Below, in pieces: positions 60,982 through 64,000 of a DNA stretch of 64,000 nucleotides. The DNA is from Anaerohalosphaeraceae bacterium (GTDB lineage Bacteria > Planctomycetota > Phycisphaerae > Sedimentisphaerales > Anaerohalosphaeraceae), in the NCBI GenBank assembly GCA_963675525.2, contig CAXXSL010000013.1, forward strand, positions 512,001-576,000, in the 5' to 3' direction. The position numbers and the translations under genes are program-made. The notes beneath the pieces are model-generated. The model was not told the origin of the DNA, did not search any database, and was given only the letters and a program-made list of their open reading frames with translations. Every line of letters starts with the position of its first letter. Within the stretch, counting starts at the first letter, position 1.

Positions 60982-61596
60982 TCACTCTTCGGGGTTCTCA
61001 CGGTCCTCATCGTTGCCTTTATCGGCTTTGTCGGCTTTGTCGGCTTTAGCCTTCTCAGGACGCTTCTTCATCTTTCCCAGCTTTCGCTCATAACGGTTCT
61101 GTTCTTTGGCCATCAGCTTTTCAATCCGCCCGGCCATTTTCTCGTCACCGTCAGCTTTGGCTTTTTCCAAAAGCTGTCCCAGGCGTTCGGCACGCTTGGC
61201 GTGCTTTTGTTCTTCATGCCGGATCTGCTCTTCCAGCGTTCCGCCCTTGGCGGCACCTTCGACTTGTTTACCGCTCTTCTCGATGTCACCCTTGGCGGCC
61301 TTTGTTTTTTCTTTCACCCGTTCCTGCTGCTGTCGGGCTTCTTTGGATTTCCTGTTGGCCTTTTCTTTCGCTTCTTCGGCGTCTTTGGCTTTTTCCTTGG
61401 CAGCCTTTTTTTGCTTTTGAGCCTCTACGGTCTCTTTAGCAGAGCCGGTCTCTCTTCGGGCTTTGCCTTTGGATTTTTCAAGTGTACCTGCGGCTTGATT
61501 GCCTTTGCCTTTATCTTTTCCTCCACCTTCTGCCAGCGCAGCAGAACCGCCCAATACAAAAATAAAAATCGCAAGAATTAGTGTGAGATGCTTCAT
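60982..61596 (-). CDS. Secreted Lys/Glu-rich coiled-coil protein
   Basis: Signal peptide ALA-E, highly charged helical body, (ADK)3 repeat. Confidence 0.7.
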   Translation of the reverse strand: MKHLTLILAIFIFVLGGSAALAEGGGKDKGKGNQAAGTLEKSKGKARRETGSAKETVEAQKQKKAAKEKAKDAEEAKEKANRKSKEARQQQERVKEKTKAAKGDIEKSGKQVEGAAKGGTLEEQIRHEEQKHAKRAERLGQLLEKAKADGDEKMAGRIEKLMAKEQNRYERKLGKMKKRPEKAKADKADKADKGNDEDRENPEE

Positions 61597-61917
61597 GGCT
61601 CGTTCTCCCTTTGTCATGGTTCCTGTTCAACTCCATTTAGAATCAACCAATAATGACTTTCTTTGCTGTGGCTGAATATTGATTATAACGCCCGATAAAA
61701 TCAATTGGAAAGAAAAAAAATTTATTTTTTTTACCCCTCACCTGTTTCGCAACTGTCATCCCCCTAAACACTTACCGCAAAAAAACGCCGTCATTCGGTG
61801 CTCCTTCGATCAGGATTAAACGGTCCCAGCGGCTCACCATTAAGACGCCCTTCAGGAATACCGATAATCCTGCTAAGAGATGCTCAATTATGACATATTA
61901 TTCCCAGGAGTCGGAAT

Positions 61918-63216
61918 ATGGTTTTAGAAAAACAGAATCGCAAAGAGAAGCTATTGAAATTTTACGTTCTGGCCGCATTGATCTTCTGGACGCTGTTTGT
62001 TTCTACGGCGGCCTTCTGGATCAGCCGGCACCAACGATATCTCCCCTATGCAATTCTTTGGTCTTTTGGTTCAAGCTTGATCGGGCTTAGTTATCAGCAC
62101 ATCAAAAGCGTACTCCGGGAAAACGTCGAGATGCAGAAAAAGATCGCCGACCTGGCTCGCTTTCCGTCTGAGAATCCTAATCCGGTCCTGAAACTGTCCG
62201 CAGAAGGACGCGTCCTGTACAGCAACCCGGCCGGCGAAGGACTCCTGAAAGCATGGAAGTGTAAAGTGAATCAGTTTGTCCGACGCGAACAAATGGCGCT
62301 CGTACAGCAAGCCGTACAAATAAACAAGGCTGTTTATGTCGAACAGGCCCTTGATGATGATATTACCTATACCATTACATTCGCACCCATATTGGAAGGC
62401 GGCTATGTCAATGTTTATGGCGCCGATATTACCGAAAGAGTCAGCTATCAAAAAGAACTCAACGACGCCAAGATCAAGGCCGAGAACGCCAACTATATCA
62501 AGAATAACTTCCTGGCCAATATGAGCTATGAGATACGAACACCCATGAATACCATTGTCGGTTTCAGCAATCTGCTGGCCGATGAGGTGCTCTCCGAACA
62601 GCATGAGGATTATGTCAGAACGATTCAGGACTCCAGTCATTTACTGCTAAGCAACATCAATGACATCCTCGACATCTCGAATCTCGAAGCCGGAAAAATC
62701 ACCCTCGAGTCGGCCTGCTGCAATCTTCGCCATATCGTGGAAAAACTGTACAATATCTTTTATGACAAAGCCTGTGCTAAGGAACTGGAAATGAACCTGA
62801 TCCTGAGCCCTGAACTGCCTGAATCCATCATTACCGATCAGGCCCGACTGGCACAATGCCTGTCCAAACTACTGGACAACGCCGTCAAATTTACCCTGCA
62901 GGGACAGGTGGACCTGGTGGTTTCCGTCACGTATGACGGGAAGATCCGGTTCGACGTCAAAGATTCCGGCATCGGTATCCCCCGCCAGAATCAAGATGTG
63001 ATTTTCGAGGCATTCACGCAGATCGACGATGAAGATACACCGCAGCGGGTCGGTCGAACCGGTCTGGGATTGGCCATCGCTTCCCGGCTGGCACAACTGA
63101 TGGGCGGCCAGATCAGCCTGGAAAGCCATCGCGGATGCGGCAGCACTTTCAGCGTTATACTGCCGCTGCAGAAGTGCAGCAATCCGACGAATTCGCCCGC
63201 TGCACAAAACTGCTGA
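61918..63216 (+). CDS. Membrane PAS sensor histidine kinase-like protein with degenerate H-box
   Basis: Two TM helices, FPSENPNPV PAS, FLANMSYEIRTPMN, NAVKFT, DSGIGI, IFEAFTQ, TGLGLAI. Confidence 0.9.
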   Translation: MVLEKQNRKEKLLKFYVLAALIFWTLFVSTAAFWISRHQRYLPYAILWSFGSSLIGLSYQHIKSVLRENVEMQKKIADLARFPSENPNPVLKLSAEGRVLYSNPAGEGLLKAWKCKVNQFVRREQMALVQQAVQINKAVYVEQALDDDITYTITFAPILEGGYVNVYGADITERVSYQKELNDAKIKAENANYIKNNFLANMSYEIRTPMNTIVGFSNLLADEVLSEQHEDYVRTIQDSSHLLLSNINDILDISNLEAGKITLESACCNLRHIVEKLYNIFYDKACAKELEMNLILSPELPESIITDQARLAQCLSKLLDNAVKFTLQGQVDLVVSVTYDGKIRFDVKDSGIGIPRQNQDVIFEAFTQIDDEDTPQRVGRTGLGLAIASRLAQLMGGQISLESHRGCGSTFSVILPLQKCSNPTNSPAAQNC

Positions 63217-63317
63217 ACTGCCCGGCATGTAAAGCTGATATTTGAGAAATAAAAAAATGAATAATTTGTAACTGAAAAAAAAAGAGCTTGACCTATTTTA
63301 ATTCTCAGGGCCACAAC

Positions 63318-64000
63318 ATGTTAAAAAACACCAATGAACGAATCAGAAGCCGTTTTGAACACAAACGGAGGAACTGGGTCATTGGATACACCATCGGGGT
63401 CCTGTGTCTGTGGAGTCTCCTTGTTGTGTTGGCAGGCCACTGGGAGGTTAAACAAAATCAAAATAGAACCATCAAATTCGCACATTACCAGGCACGGTCA
63501 ACGTTTCAGACAACGAGTCTTTATTGTCGTCAGTCCGAACAACAGGATCCCGTAACCGACGACAACAAAAGACCGGTCTATGACAAGCATGAAAAACATG
63601 GATACGGACAACTGGTCCATATCATCAGCCTTGATCCTGCCCACTCTATTAATATGCCCGACGAATGGGAGACACAGGCCCTTCGATCCCTCAAAAATTA
63701 TTTCGATGACGTGTCCTCGCTGGAAACAATCAACGGAAAAGCCTACCTGCGGTTCATTAAAGGCTACCCTTCAGAAATTGAATACCCGGAATACCGGACG
63801 ACTCATGGACACGCGCAGGAGTCTGTGACAACCGCCATCAGCATCGCCGTTCCCATGGAACCGTTATGGGCGATCAGCAACTTCGAAATCAATAATCTGA
63901 CGATGGGGTATACCACCGGCTGGTGTGTCGGTTCACTGGTGATCCTGATCGGGCATGTCTATCTCAGGCGGCATCGCAAAAAACATCTCCAATACGAAGA
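63318..64000 (+). CDS. 3'-truncated membrane sensor with DUF3365-like periplasmic domain (missing from the ORF track because it has no stop in the window)
   Basis: Open from ATG 63318 to the window end: TM, HIISLDP....N.PDEWE..AL, INGKAYLRF, AISIAVPM, TM. Confidence 0.7.
   Translation, partial: MLKNTNERIRSRFEHKRRNWVIGYTIGVLCLWSLLVVLAGHWEVKQNQNRTIKFAHYQARSTFQTTSLYCRQSEQQDPVTDDNKRPVYDKHEKHGYGQLVHIISLDPAHSINMPDEWETQALRSLKNYFDDVSSLETINGKAYLRFIKGYPSEIEYPEYRTTHGHAQESVTTAISIAVPMEPLWAISNFEINNLTMGYTTGWCVGSLVILIGHVYLRRHRKKHLQYE

Overview
Bacterial chromosomal window, inferred to come from Planctomycetota class Phycisphaerae (Sedimentisphaerales-like). The inference rests on dockerin-like EF-hand modules on secreted proteins, PEP-CTERM proteins, prepilin-like genes and an elongated SecA. 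Contents in order: a glycosyltransferase/methyltransferase cluster (1-6.7 kb); housekeeping genes (secA, murA, yhaM-like HD nuclease, Fe-ADH, hflX, gpsA, suhB-like, glpK); glycan-degrading enzymes (GH115, O-acetylesterase, GH2, GH43); three PEP-CTERM proteins; a TPM/TPM/zinc-finger group; and two degenerate sensor proteins. I found no rRNA, tRNA, CRISPR array, transposase or integrase. Highlights: (1) A minus-strand cluster (45.1-51.3 kb) of six signal-peptide proteins includes a full-length Hcp/T6SS tube domain fused behind a Sec signal and a GxLNPPGxPxxTM motif shared with two beta-helix proteins. It also includes a protein with gp5/VgrG-like 8-residue repeats and a C1q-like head. No T6SS sheath or baseplate genes are present, so this is a candidate Sec-exported, tail-derived surface system. 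(2) An intact but orphan phage terminase large subunit. (3) Three cases of a cell-envelope gene sandwiched between an intact gene and a ~115-130 bp diverged fragment of that same gene (recombination scars). (4) A histidine kinase whose phospho-acceptor His is replaced by Tyr, next to a DUF3365-like sensor lacking CxxCH. Five single-base deletions, including one in murA, suggest uncorrected long-read errors. Family assignments come from motif recognition, not database searches.
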